A stretch of 64,000 nt of DNA from an uncultured delta proteobacterium (GCA_963771465.1 CAVYTU010000018.1:64001-128000), one strand, 5' to 3'; shown: positions 19,878-29,543, numbered from the stretch's first letter. Notes: a model not told the origin generated them from the letters alone. Numbers and translations: made by a program.

Positions 19878-20585
19878 ATGGATTTAGTCAAAGATCTTTG
19901 TGCGACGTTGGATAAGATGGTGAACGATCAGTTCGAGAGCGTCGAGTTCAAGAACTTTCTCGCCGTGCCGCTCACCATGGAACGCGGCCGTTTTTATGTC
20001 GTGCAGAACGCGCTTTATACGAGCAACCGGCGTGACTGTTGGGGCTATGTTCAAGGCGGCGCGCCGTTGGAGGTGAAGCGGGTCATTTGGGCGCACGAAA
20101 GCGACGAATTGATCAATGATCCGCGCGCCGGGATGGATCATTACGCATTGACGGTGAAGCAGGGCGAAGTGATTGGACTCAAGCCCGAAGATTTCGAGAA
20201 AGCTGAAGTTCCAGCCATGGTGCAGGCATGCTTCCACGCGTGGCATCACATCGCCATGCGCAATCATTGGCTGTCGGCCTATACGGCGTCGCATATGCTC
20301 GAGCGGCGTAACAACGGCAAGATCGTCAAAGGCGGCGGCATGTCGTACCGGGTCGGTAAAAAATTTGAGAACGAGCTCGGCATTAACTTAAAGCGCATGA
20401 TCTCGCTGGACGTGCACGTCGTCGCCGACATGGACCATTCGGAGAATATTTCCGAGATGTTCGAGCGCTATGTCAAAACGCCCGAAGACTGCGAGCGGGT
20501 ACTTCTCGGCGCGCGCGATTCGATGGCCATCGACCGCGCCTACCGCGGCGCGCTGGGCTATTATATGGAGCAGATATCGGGTTGA
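19878..20585 (+). CDS. Second heme-oxygenase-like diiron oxidase (CADD/PqqC/TenA fold)
   Basis: DE-x10-H, MLE, HVVADMDH (H-x3-D-x2-H). RBS AGGAGG; starts 16 nt after the EutA-like stop. Confidence 0.8.
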   Translation: MDLVKDLCATLDKMVNDQFESVEFKNFLAVPLTMERGRFYVVQNALYTSNRRDCWGYVQGGAPLEVKRVIWAHESDELINDPRAGMDHYALTVKQGEVIGLKPEDFEKAEVPAMVQACFHAWHHIAMRNHWLSAYTASHMLERRNNGKIVKGGGMSYRVGKKFENELGINLKRMISLDVHVVADMDHSENISEMFERYVKTPEDCERVLLGARDSMAIDRAYRGALGYYMEQISG

Positions 20586-20803
20586 CCAAGGTGATTGCAC
20601 TGCGGCAGCATTAATTGGGTTTCCAAAGGAGCGAGCACCCCTTTGCGATAGTTTAATCAGCGGCGGGGTTAAAACCGCGCCGTGGTCCTTCGTCCCGCGG
20701 AATTAACTTGTCGAGTCGCCCACCCTGGATCGGATTACTGCTCGACTAATCGGCGCTCATTATGCTATAAAGCGGAAACTCGAAAATTTTCTACTATCGG
20801 CGA

Positions 20804-21190
20804 ATGACCCGGCGAAAACCTTCAAAACAAGCAAATTTGCCTGCGGAAGCGGGCATGACGCTGTTAGAATTACTCGTCGTCGTAGCGGTGGTAGGGATTC
20901 TCGCCTCGATCGCGATTCAACAGGTTTCACTTTATCGGGCGCGGGCGTTCGATGCTTCGATGCGCTCCGATCTCAAGAACGCGGCGCTAGCGATGGAAAG
21001 TTACTACGGAGAATTCCTCGAATATCCGAACACGCAAGCCGCGATCCTGTTAGTCGGCTACCGAAATACCAGCGGCGTTTCGCTGACCATCAACGTCACT
21101 TCTCCATCAACCTTTACTCTGACAGCAGCGCGCCCGAACGGCAGCCAGTTGAGTTTTACCTACGACAGTACGACAGGTCTGATTAACTGA
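20804..21190 (+). CDS. Type IV pilin (prepilin G|MTLLE)
   Basis: AG|MTLLELLVVVAVVGILASIAI, SDLKNA...ESYY...YP. 111-aa mature protein without Cys. Confidence 0.88.
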   Translation: MTRRKPSKQANLPAEAGMTLLELLVVVAVVGILASIAIQQVSLYRARAFDASMRSDLKNAALAMESYYGEFLEYPNTQAAILLVGYRNTSGVSLTINVTSPSTFTLTAARPNGSQLSFTYDSTTGLIN

Positions 21191-21209
21191 ATACGCGCCT
21201 TTCGCTTCG

Positions 21210-21632
21210 ATGATAATCGAAATCGCTTCGCCCGTCCCGGCGAATTCACTGAATCTAACTTCTCGCCGTTGGCGGCGGACAATCGCGGCTCGCGGTTACT
21301 CACTTATCGAGCTGCTGGTTGTGATCGCGATTATCTCGATTCTAGCTGCGGTGGCGGTGCCGCAGTTTATTGCTTATAAGGCGAGATCAATGGACGCTGT
21401 AATGCATTCGGATTTAAAGAATGCGGCCCTTGCCGCGGAATCATACTATGCCCTTTACCATTATTATCCCTCTTCCGTTGCTGTGCTGACCGCTTCGGGG
21501 TACGTGTCCAGTCCTGGGGTTGGAGTGACGATTACTATACTAACACCAACCTCATACACGGTTACCGCGTTGGCTTCTGGCGGCACCCAACCAAGTTTTA
21601 CTCTGGATAGTGTGACCGGAGTGATCAATTAG
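21210..21632 (+). CDS. Type IV pilin (prepilin G|YSLIE), Geobacter PilA-like N-terminus
   Basis: RG|YSLIELLVVIAIISILAAVAVPQFIAYK...SDLKNA...ESYY...YYP. 111-aa mature protein. Confidence 0.88.
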   Translation: MIIEIASPVPANSLNLTSRRWRRTIAARGYSLIELLVVIAIISILAAVAVPQFIAYKARSMDAVMHSDLKNAALAAESYYALYHYYPSSVAVLTASGYVSSPGVGVTITILTPTSYTVTALASGGTQPSFTLDSVTGVIN

Positions 21633-21668
21633 TGTGTAAGTCTGTTCCGTCTGCGCGCTGGCGCGTCC

Positions 21669-22400
21669 CTACTTCGCCGTGCGTAGAAAGTAAGTCTGAC
21701 CGGTGACGTATTTCGCCGCGTCGGAGAGCAGGTAACGGACCAGGCCGACGATCTCGAACTTGTGCGTGAGGCCGTCCATTAGCGGTGGGATTTCTTCCCG
21801 TTTCTTGAATTGATCCGGCGTGAAACCGATGCGCGACATCGGCGTATCGGTGGCGCCGGGGCAAACACAGTTGACCGTGATGTTGTTCGGTGCCAACTCC
21901 ATGGCGAGCGATTTCGTGAAGGCGATGACGCCGGCTTTTGACGCCGCGTAGTGCGCCGAGCGCGCCTGGCCGACAACGCCGCGGCCCGAGGCGATACTGA
22001 GAATTCTCCCTTCGTTGCGTGGCAGCATGTGCTTGGCCGCGGCTTGAGCGCAGAGAAACACGCCTTTCAAATTGATGCGCATCAAACGATCCCACATTTC
22101 CTCCGGCATCTCGACGACCGCCATGCGGTCCATCACGCCCGCGCCGCAAAAAACATAATCGACATGAGCATACTTGGCGACTGCATGGTCCATCATTGCC
22201 GCGACACTTTTGGGATCGCCGACATCGACTTGTACAGCGATGGCGCTGCCTTTATTGGTGTTGATCTCCGCGGCAACTTTTTCCGCGGCGTCCTTGGCGA
22301 AATCCGCAACCACCACGTTCAATCCGTCGGCGGCCATGCCGCGGCAGATTTCCGAGCCGATGCCGCCGGCGCCGCCGGTGACGAGAATCGTTTTGCTCAT
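21669..22400 (-). CDS. Short-chain dehydrogenase/reductase (FabG-like)
   Basis: TGGAGGIG, INLKG, YAASK, VNCVCPG. Start at ATG 22400. Confidence 0.92.
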   Translation of the reverse strand: MSKTILVTGGAGGIGSEICRGMAADGLNVVVADFAKDAAEKVAAEINTNKGSAIAVQVDVGDPKSVAAMMDHAVAKYAHVDYVFCGAGVMDRMAVVEMPEEMWDRLMRINLKGVFLCAQAAAKHMLPRNEGRILSIASGRGVVGQARSAHYAASKAGVIAFTKSLAMELAPNNITVNCVCPGATDTPMSRIGFTPDQFKKREEIPPLMDGLTHKFEIVGLVRYLLSDAAKYVTGQTYFLRTAK

Positions 22401-22486
22401 ATCGCTTGCGCTCCAATCAAATATTTGTGCCGACGCTATCACTGGCGATTATCGCCGGTCAACTTGTACCACCTATAGAAGGCTCC

Positions 22487-22790
22487 ATGGATTACGATCT
22501 GAACGTCATCGGCGGCCGCACCGCGGGCATCAATGCGGCTAAGGCGGCGAATAAGCGTGCCATCGTCGAGCAAGAGAATTTTGCCGGCACCTGCTGCGCG
22601 CCAGAAGGGTCTCTTCACTGCTGGAACTATTGTGCCGAGAAGTTCGTTATCGCCACAGGTTGCAAGCCAGCGCGGCCGGCGCCCCGGCGTGGAGTTGGGC
22701 AAGGCCAGCGATGCATTGATTCACTTGAAAGAGCCACCAAAGCGTCTGGTTGTTGTCGGCGGAGCGATTTTCGACAGCCTGGCGAGTTGA
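22487..22790 (+). pseudogene. Eroded pyridine nucleotide-disulfide oxidoreductase (GR/MerA/Lpd family)
   Basis: MDYDLNVIGG.TAGINAA, AIVEQENFAGTC, EKFVIATGCKP, then in another frame LKEPPKRLVVVGG. Large deletions and a frameshift. Confidence 0.7.
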
Positions 22791-22815
22791 CCAAAAAAGG
22801 ATTAAACCGGGCAAC

Positions 22816-24141
22816 GTGAAGCATAGCGACGAGCGCGACAAAACAATTTATCCCGCACTCATCTTGGGGCTGACGACCGCCGCGTTGATTATTGCCAAGA
22901 CCGGGCGCGACGCGTTATTTTTCCAGGGCAAAGGGATCTTTCAACTGCCGGTGGCGACGATGACGATCGCCGCCGCGTCATTGCCGTTGGCGATCCTGTT
23001 CGTCAAGGTCATGAAGACTTGGGGCGCGCGACCGGCCCGGATTGCGATCATGCTGTTTGCCGCCGGGGTGCTGACGCTCACGGCGCCGTTTCTCCAAGCC
23101 GGCGATTCCACCTTGTTGTTTAATGTCTTCATCTTCATTCCCGCTGTTTTCGGCATCATGTTCGCGAGCCTGTGGTTGCTCGCCAGCGATATCTTCGATA
23201 AAACAGCCAAGCCTGATGCGGCGCGCGCTTTTAGCAAGATCGGCGCAAGCTCGCTCGCCGGCGGCATGGCCGGCGGCTTTATTGCCAAGGGACTTGTGCC
23301 GCTAGTCGAACCGAAATGGCTGATTTTCACCGGCGCGCTGATGATTCTCGCGGTGGTCGGCTTGGTCGTGCAAGCGCACAGGAGGTTTCCTACCAACATC
23401 GCGCCCAAGCGGGATCGCGACAACAAAAAGAGCGGTTACTTCGCGCCGCTATCGAAACCCTATACCGTTACGCTCCTTTTCATTGCCATGACCGGCGCTC
23501 TCGCCGGGTTGCTGATCGACGTGCAGTTCTACATTTCCGCCACCGGCGCAAGCATGGGATCGAAAGGCAACGCAAACTTCTTCGCCAATTTTTACATCAT
23601 GCTCAATTTCAGCTCTTTGCTGTTGCAGCTCTTTGCTACGCCAAAGATTCAAGACAAGATCGGCGTCGGCGGTGGACTAATGGTCTTGCCATTCGCGCTG
23701 ATCGGCGGCGCGGGCTTCGCCAGCGCGGCGGCGACGGCGTTCAGTTTGGCGGTGCTGCGCGTGACCGAGGGCGGCCTGCGCTCCTCGGTGCACCGTTCGA
23801 TCTGGGAGCAAGCGTTTATCCCAGTCGATTCGAGCGAGCGCTCCCTAGTAAAAATCGCCGTCGACGGCGTCGGCGCGCGCATCGCGGAGGGCATCGGCGC
23901 CTTCGCGCTTTACATCTGGGTGCAACGAGTCGCGCCCGGCGGCGTAGTCAGCGCGCCGCTCAACACCGTTTGGATGGCTTGGCTCACCTTAGCAACCGTG
24001 ATTGTTTGGCTTTACATCACGCAACGGCTGCGTGCTCAGACGGAACCGGCAAAAGCGCGAGCGGCCGCGACCGAACTAGAATGCCAACGATTCCCCGATC
24101 AATGCCCGTGCACGACCGAACTGGGTAAAGGCATCGCGTAA
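22816..24141 (+). CDS. NTT/TLC-like (Npt1/Npt2 family) MFS transporter
   Basis: IAKTGRDALF, LWLLASDIFD...AARAF, GLRSSVHRSIWEQAFIPV...KIAVDG; about 12 TM. GTG start inferred. Confidence 0.7.
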   Translation: MKHSDERDKTIYPALILGLTTAALIIAKTGRDALFFQGKGIFQLPVATMTIAAASLPLAILFVKVMKTWGARPARIAIMLFAAGVLTLTAPFLQAGDSTLLFNVFIFIPAVFGIMFASLWLLASDIFDKTAKPDAARAFSKIGASSLAGGMAGGFIAKGLVPLVEPKWLIFTGALMILAVVGLVVQAHRRFPTNIAPKRDRDNKKSGYFAPLSKPYTVTLLFIAMTGALAGLLIDVQFYISATGASMGSKGNANFFANFYIMLNFSSLLLQLFATPKIQDKIGVGGGLMVLPFALIGGAGFASAAATAFSLAVLRVTEGGLRSSVHRSIWEQAFIPVDSSERSLVKIAVDGVGARIAEGIGAFALYIWVQRVAPGGVVSAPLNTVWMAWLTLATVIVWLYITQRLRAQTEPAKARAAATELECQRFPDQCPCTTELGKGIA

Positions 24142-24150
24142 AAAGTCTTG

Positions 24151-24217
24151 CTCACCGCGAAGGCACGGAGTGGAAGATTTGGAAAATTAAGAGTCCCACC
24201 TTCATGTCCTTCGTGGT
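24151..24217. repeat. Intergenic hairpin repeat (CACCRCGAAG...CTTCGTGGT family)
   Basis: Shares its termini and the GGAAAATTAA core with 39987-40067. Confidence 0.6.
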
Positions 24218-24247
24218 AAGATTCCTCTTCGCGCCCCGCGCTGTCAT

Positions 24248-24277
24248 TTGACAATTGCCCGCGTCTACCCGTAACTT
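24248..24277 (+). promoter_or_regulatory. Putative sigma70 promoter, leaderless geometry
   Basis: TTGACA, 18-nt spacer, TAACTT, 6 nt before ATG 24284; no RBS visible. Confidence 0.45.
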
Positions 24278-24283
24278 CGCGCC

Positions 24284-25666
24284 ATGGCTACACAACCGGC
24301 AACTTCACAAAGTCCTAGCGTTATCGATCGTATGTTGCGGCTTTTTTCCGACGTCCGCGGCGGCGAGGGTTTTACGGCGCTGCTCTTGATGAGCAATCTG
24401 TTTTTGCTGCTGACGGCTTACCTGATTATCAAAGTTGTCCGCGAAGCGCTGATCCTCGGCGAAGGCGGCGCTGTGGTGAAAAGTTACGCGGCGGCGGGCC
24501 AAGCGCTGTTGCTGCTCGGCGTCGTGCCGCTCTACAGCGTCGTGGCGAGCCGGGTGCGGCGTATTCAGTTAATCAACGGCGTCACTTCGTTCTGCATCCT
24601 GGTATTCTTCTTGTTTTACCTTTTAGGCCGCCTGGGTTTTGCCCTTGGCGTGCCGTTCTTTCTCTGGGTCGGGATCTTCAATCTTTTCGTCATCGCGCAG
24701 TTCTGGTCTTTCGCCAACGATCTTTATTCCGAAGAGCAGGGCAAGCGGCTCTTTCCGATCATCGCCTTTGGCGGCGGCCTTGGGGCGATACTCGGACCGA
24801 AGCTGGCGAGCATGCTCTACCAATCTTTCGGCGCCGCTGGACTCATGCTGCTCGCCGGGGCGATCCTATCGCTGTGCATCGTCATCGCCAATTGGATCCA
24901 TCGACGCGCGACGGTCGGCCAAGCCGCGGCCAAAGCGGCAAATGTTCCGTTGAATAACCAGGGCGCTTTCCGGCTGGTCGTCGGCCAGCGCTATTTCTTA
25001 CTCATCGCCGGCTTGATGGTGATTCTCAATCTAGTCAATACCACCGGCGAGTACATTCTCGGCCAGAAGGTGACTGAAGAAGCGAAGCGCTTTGCCGCCG
25101 CCGAAACCGTGTCGGCACCCAGCGACGCCCAGACGACGACGCCAAAGGTTGCCGCCGAACTTAAGGCGAAGCAGTACATCGCGAGCTTTTACGGCGATTT
25201 TCTCGCCCTGGTGAGTTTGCTGTCGGCTCTCGCGCAACTCTTTTTAGTTTCGCGCATTATTAAATATTTCGGTGTGCCGGCGTCGCTATTTGTTCTGCCG
25301 CTGATCGTTTTCGGCAGCTACTCTCTGGTCGCTATCGCGCCGGTGCTCGCCTCCATTCATGTTGCGAAAGTTATGGAGAACAGCACCGACTACTCCTTGC
25401 AAAACACCGTGCGCCAGGCTTTGTTTCTACCCACCAGCAGGGAAGCCAAATACAAAGCTAAGGCCGCCATCGATACATTTTTTGTCCGTATCGGCGATCT
25501 GCTATCCACCGGCTTAGTCTTCTTAAGCCTGCAACTCTCTCTTACCAGCCGCACTCTAAGTATCATCAATCTCTCGTTGGTGGCTCTGTGGCTATTGCTG
25601 ATCTCGAGAATCGGGCCGAGCTACAGGGCTCTAGCGGCAGCTCGGAACCCATCGGAGCGCGAGTGA
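24284..25666 (+). CDS. NTT/TLC (Npt1/Npt2 family) nucleotide transporter homolog
   Basis: YLIIKVVREAL, FWSFANDLYSEEQGKRLFPIIA, ENSTDYSLQNTVRQALFLPTSREAKYKAKAAIDTFFVRIGD. Confidence 0.88.
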   Translation: MATQPATSQSPSVIDRMLRLFSDVRGGEGFTALLLMSNLFLLLTAYLIIKVVREALILGEGGAVVKSYAAAGQALLLLGVVPLYSVVASRVRRIQLINGVTSFCILVFFLFYLLGRLGFALGVPFFLWVGIFNLFVIAQFWSFANDLYSEEQGKRLFPIIAFGGGLGAILGPKLASMLYQSFGAAGLMLLAGAILSLCIVIANWIHRRATVGQAAAKAANVPLNNQGAFRLVVGQRYFLLIAGLMVILNLVNTTGEYILGQKVTEEAKRFAAAETVSAPSDAQTTTPKVAAELKAKQYIASFYGDFLALVSLLSALAQLFLVSRIIKYFGVPASLFVLPLIVFGSYSLVAIAPVLASIHVAKVMENSTDYSLQNTVRQALFLPTSREAKYKAKAAIDTFFVRIGDLLSTGLVFLSLQLSLTSRTLSIINLSLVALWLLLISRIGPSYRALAAARNPSERE

Positions 25667-25811
25667 ACTCGCCTGGTTTATCTTCACAACGGAATCACAG
25701 TCGTGCTCAGCGGCTAGCAGACGGACAAAACTTTTCTCCGGCACGACCTTTCCACGGATAATCGTACTCTCAATAAATGTTTTCCGGTGGTATTAGGCGC
25801 TGACTTCGGCT

Positions 25812-26732
25812 ATGCATCAAAGCATGCGCATCTGTTCTTTGCTTCCAGGCGCCACGGAAATCGCGTTTGCTCTCGGACTCGGCGAGCAGATCGTTGGTGT
25901 GACGCATGAGTGCGACTATCCGCCGGACGCCCAGCAGAAACCGGTGATGGTCCATAGCGCGGTCGATGCGCAACACATGAGCGGTAGTGAAATCGACCGG
26001 ATGGTAGGCGAACTGCTCGCCGCCGGTAAAGGCCTTTACCACATCGATGCAGCGGCTTTGCTCGCGGCCAATCCCGACGTCATTCTCACCCAAGGACTTT
26101 GCGAAGTCTGCGCCCTCGACTACAACGAAGTCGTCAAAGCCGCGGCGCGATTGCCGCGTCAACCCAATATTGTATCGTTGAATCCACACAGCTTGTCCGA
26201 TCTGCTCGACGATATTTTGCGTGTCGGCCAAGCGACCGAGCGGATCGCAGCTGCGACAAGCTTAGCCGCCGATCTGCGCCAACGGATCGATAGCCTGGGT
26301 CACAGCGAGCCGGACAATCGGCCGCGAGTGGTTTGTCTCGAATGGTTCGAACCGCTGTATACCGCGGGCCACTGGGTGCCGGAGATGGTCGCGTTGGCCG
26401 GCGGTTTCGACGTGCTCGGACAACCAGGCGAACCGTCGGCAAAGATCGAATGGCGCCAGGTGACCGAGGCACGGCCGGAAGTGATTTTGTTGATGCCCTG
26501 CGGCTTCGACGTGCGCCGCACCGTTAAAGAGTCGACGCCACTGAGAAGTTTGCCCGGCTGGGAGCAAATTCCCGCGGTACGATCTGGGAATGTATACGCA
26601 ATGAACGGCAGCGCATACTTCAGTCGCCCCGGCCCGCGCTTGGTGAACGGTCTAGAAATTCTCGCGCGCATTATTCATCCCGAGTCGGTGACCTGGTCCC
26701 TGTCGCCGGCGGACGCCGCGCGGTTTAACTGA
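25812..26732 (+). CDS. BtuF-like cobalamin/iron-chelate ABC solute-binding protein
   Basis: RICSLLPGATEI, VGVTHECDYP, TQGLCEVCA, LEWFEP..AGHWVPEM, YFSRPGPRL. No signal peptide. Confidence 0.85.
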   Translation: MHQSMRICSLLPGATEIAFALGLGEQIVGVTHECDYPPDAQQKPVMVHSAVDAQHMSGSEIDRMVGELLAAGKGLYHIDAAALLAANPDVILTQGLCEVCALDYNEVVKAAARLPRQPNIVSLNPHSLSDLLDDILRVGQATERIAAATSLAADLRQRIDSLGHSEPDNRPRVVCLEWFEPLYTAGHWVPEMVALAGGFDVLGQPGEPSAKIEWRQVTEARPEVILLMPCGFDVRRTVKESTPLRSLPGWEQIPAVRSGNVYAMNGSAYFSRPGPRLVNGLEILARIIHPESVTWSLSPADAARFN

Positions 26733-27147
26733 TACGGATCCCGTAAGTGAAGTGAATAAGCGTGACTGAATGCGACTGTTCGCTTCAGTGTTTTCTTGCT
26801 CTGTAACTTCCCAGTCGTTAACTTGTCAGGATCTTATGTCGCTGCGTCTTGATCGGCATCGATGCATTCATGTGCTGGCGCTGTGCAACCCATGTCAGCC
26901 GATTCCTCGGCCGATAATGGGCGAATTGACTGTACTGCGAGCAACCATTCCTTGGCTTGGTAGTAGTGTTTGCTAAGAATACCATCACGCTACCAGTGAG
27001 AACCGAGGAATATGATATGGAATCCAGTGCCGCGTCGAAGGCCATCGCCCATCGCTACTAAGTTGAAGGAGATCCTCAAATGACTTGTTCGTAATGATAA
27101 AGTTACGCCGAGAATTAGAAACCAATCGAGCCGTTGAGGACCGAGGA

Positions 27148-28326
27148 ATGGCCAGAACTTATCGTTTCATTTCCGCTGACAGTCACTACGAGTCGCCGCC
27201 GGAACATTGGACGCATCGGGTGGCGAAGCAATACCGCGACCGCGCGCCGCGGCGCATCAAGCTTGCCAACGGCAAAGACGCTTTAGCGCTGGAAGGTAAA
27301 CCGCTGATCTACGGCGGCACGAGTCTGTTCGGCGGGCGCGCGCCGGAGGTTTTCGATCCGACGATCTTGGACTACGACAACACGCCGGGCTGCGGTCCGG
27401 CCGCGCAGCGTTTGCGCGAACAGGATATCGACGGTATCGACGCCGAAGTACTTTTTGCCCTCGACGTGCGCAACTCGGCGATCCGCGACAAGGCGGCGCG
27501 CATCGGCGTCGTTCAAGGCTTCAATGATTTCTTCGCCGAAGAATATTGCGCTATCGACCGCGACCGTTTGCTCGGCATGGCCGTGATGCCCAACAGCGGC
27601 GTGGCCGAAGATATTGCCGAGATGGAGCGCTGTAAACGCCTGGGCTTCAAAGGCGCCTGGCTCAGCACATTCCCCAGCGGCAAGAGTTTCCCGAGCGTCG
27701 AGGACGATCGTTTCTGGGCTGCGGCGTTAGATTTAGAAATGCCGCTGGTGATTCACACTGGCTTCCCCACTAAAGTAGGCTCGCGCGATACGCCGCTCTT
27801 CAACTATCCTAAAGAACCGCAGGGCGAGCAGCGGCCACCGACGGATTTCGTCCAGCGTTTTGCGCGCCAGGCGCCGCATCATTCAGGTTCGGTGGAAGTG
27901 AGCCAGATCATTATCGCCGGTGTGTTCGACCGCTTTCCCAAACTGCAAATCTACTGGGCGGAAAATAACGTCGGTTGGCTGCCGTACTTCGGTGAGCAGA
28001 TCGATAAAGAGTATGAGACCAACCATTTCTGGGCCGAGCGGCAAATGGGATTGCCGCGCTTGAAGCGCAAGCCGAGTGAGTATTTGAAAGAGAACGCCCA
28101 CTGGGGATTTTTCGAAGACCGCATCGGCATGAAGCTGCGCCACGAGATCGGTGTCGACCGCATCATGTGGTCGACGGATTTTCCCCACGTCGTGACGCGC
28201 TGGCCGAATTCTCTAAAAGTTTTGGCGACGCAGATGACTGGCGTGCCCGATGACGAGAAGCGGAAAATGGCGGCGGAGAACGCGATCAAGTTTTTTCATC
28301 TCGATCATGTCGAAGCAGCCGGATGA
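27148..28326 (+). CDS. Amidohydrolase_2 family metalloenzyme
   Basis: ISADSH, QDIDGIDAEVLF, GVFDRFPKL...AENNVGW, IMWSTDFPH. Confidence 0.9.
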   Translation: MARTYRFISADSHYESPPEHWTHRVAKQYRDRAPRRIKLANGKDALALEGKPLIYGGTSLFGGRAPEVFDPTILDYDNTPGCGPAAQRLREQDIDGIDAEVLFALDVRNSAIRDKAARIGVVQGFNDFFAEEYCAIDRDRLLGMAVMPNSGVAEDIAEMERCKRLGFKGAWLSTFPSGKSFPSVEDDRFWAAALDLEMPLVIHTGFPTKVGSRDTPLFNYPKEPQGEQRPPTDFVQRFARQAPHHSGSVEVSQIIIAGVFDRFPKLQIYWAENNVGWLPYFGEQIDKEYETNHFWAERQMGLPRLKRKPSEYLKENAHWGFFEDRIGMKLRHEIGVDRIMWSTDFPHVVTRWPNSLKVLATQMTGVPDDEKRKMAAENAIKFFHLDHVEAAG

Positions 28327-28337
28327 TGGGCTTGTCC

Positions 28338-28363
28338 GTCATTCCGGCCATTGAGCCGGAATC
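28338..28363. repeat. REP-like palindrome GTCATTCCGGC...GCCGGAATCC
   Basis: Inverted repeat ATTCCGGC/GCCGGAAT just downstream of the stop codon. Confidence 0.5.
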
Positions 28364-28408
28364 CAGGCGGGGTAGCTTGGGTTCCGACACACGCAAAGGG
28401 AGGCAACG

Positions 28409-29425
28409 ATGATTCGACTCCGTTTAATCATTACGTTAGTCACCGTCGCGTGCTTGTGTGTCGTTCAAGTCCCCATCGCATCTGCCCAAACCAAAATCAC
28501 CATCGGTGTGGCGGCGATGAGCCCGCGGACGATTCCTTTGCTCCTGGCGCAGGAGCAAGGACTGTTCGCCAAGCAGGATATCGAGGCGCGCATTGTCTTG
28601 ATCAAAGGCGCGCCGATCTTGGTCGCCAGTCTGATCTCCGGCGATCTTGAGATCGGTTATACCGGCGGCACATCCGTGCTCGGCGCCGCGGCATCCGGGC
28701 CATACCTAAAAATTCTCTCATCGATATCGAGCAAGCTCACCCACACGATGCTGGCGCACCCGAGTCTCAAAAGCGCCGAGCAATTGCGCGGTAAGCGTTT
28801 TGGCATCCAGAGCATGGGCGGCACCACGTGGATGCACACGATCCTTGGTCTCGAACACGTCGGGCTCGACGTCAAGCGCGACAACATCAACATTCTCATG
28901 ATCGGCGACTCGGTGCTGATTGGCCAATCATTGGAGGCCGGTAGAATCGATGCGGCGGTGCTCGATGGCGGCTTGGCGCGCCGGCTGATCAGCAAAGGCT
29001 TCTCGGTCATTGTTGATTTGACGCCATTCAATATTCCCATGGTCAATCAGGCCGTCGTCGTCACTCCAGATTTTATCCAAAAACGCGGCGAGCTGGCCGA
29101 ACGGATTCTGATGGTGCTGGTGGACAGCTTGGCGTACACGTTGGCGCCGATGAATAAGAACGTTGTGATGCGCACAATCATGCGCCGGCTCCAGATCGAT
29201 GATCCAAAAGTCGGCGAGGAAGGTTATCAGGATCTCATGACGAGCATCGAGCGCAAACCGTTTCCGTCAATCGAAGGTTTACGCAACATCCGCCGCCTCA
29301 TGGCCACGCAAAATCCCAAAGCGGCGAATGTCAAAGTCGAAGATTTGATTGATGCGCGGATAATCCGCAAGCTCGACGAGAACGGCTACATCGACAAAGT
29401 GGCGGCGGGATATGGGTTGAGGTAG
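28409..29425 (+). CDS. NMT1/SsuA-type ABC solute-binding protein
   Basis: Signal peptide, GLFAKQDIEARIV, LRGKRFGIQSMGG, EDLIDARIIRKLDENGYIDK. Confidence 0.88.
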   Translation: MIRLRLIITLVTVACLCVVQVPIASAQTKITIGVAAMSPRTIPLLLAQEQGLFAKQDIEARIVLIKGAPILVASLISGDLEIGYTGGTSVLGAAASGPYLKILSSISSKLTHTMLAHPSLKSAEQLRGKRFGIQSMGGTTWMHTILGLEHVGLDVKRDNINILMIGDSVLIGQSLEAGRIDAAVLDGGLARRLISKGFSVIVDLTPFNIPMVNQAVVVTPDFIQKRGELAERILMVLVDSLAYTLAPMNKNVVMRTIMRRLQIDDPKVGEEGYQDLMTSIERKPFPSIEGLRNIRRLMATQNPKAANVKVEDLIDARIIRKLDENGYIDKVAAGYGLR

Positions 29426-29543
29426 AAGAAAAAATCATGCGCAATGTCAGTTGTCTCTATGCGTGATTCCATAATAGCTCCACTTGAACAATCTCCAATG
29501 TGTCGAACGCGTTTTTCAAACTTCGGCAAAGAATAATCGACCT

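Noticed and set aside
25667-25811. Cobalamin riboswitch upstream of the BtuF-like gene
   Set aside because: The gap is short and I could not find B12-box consensus elements; an Rfam scan would be decisive.
26733-27084. Small ORFs or an ncRNA in the 350-bp gap (68-aa Cys-rich + ORF, 75-aa - ORF, a - frame broken by one TAG)
   Set aside because: No RBS, motif or clear structure supports any of them.
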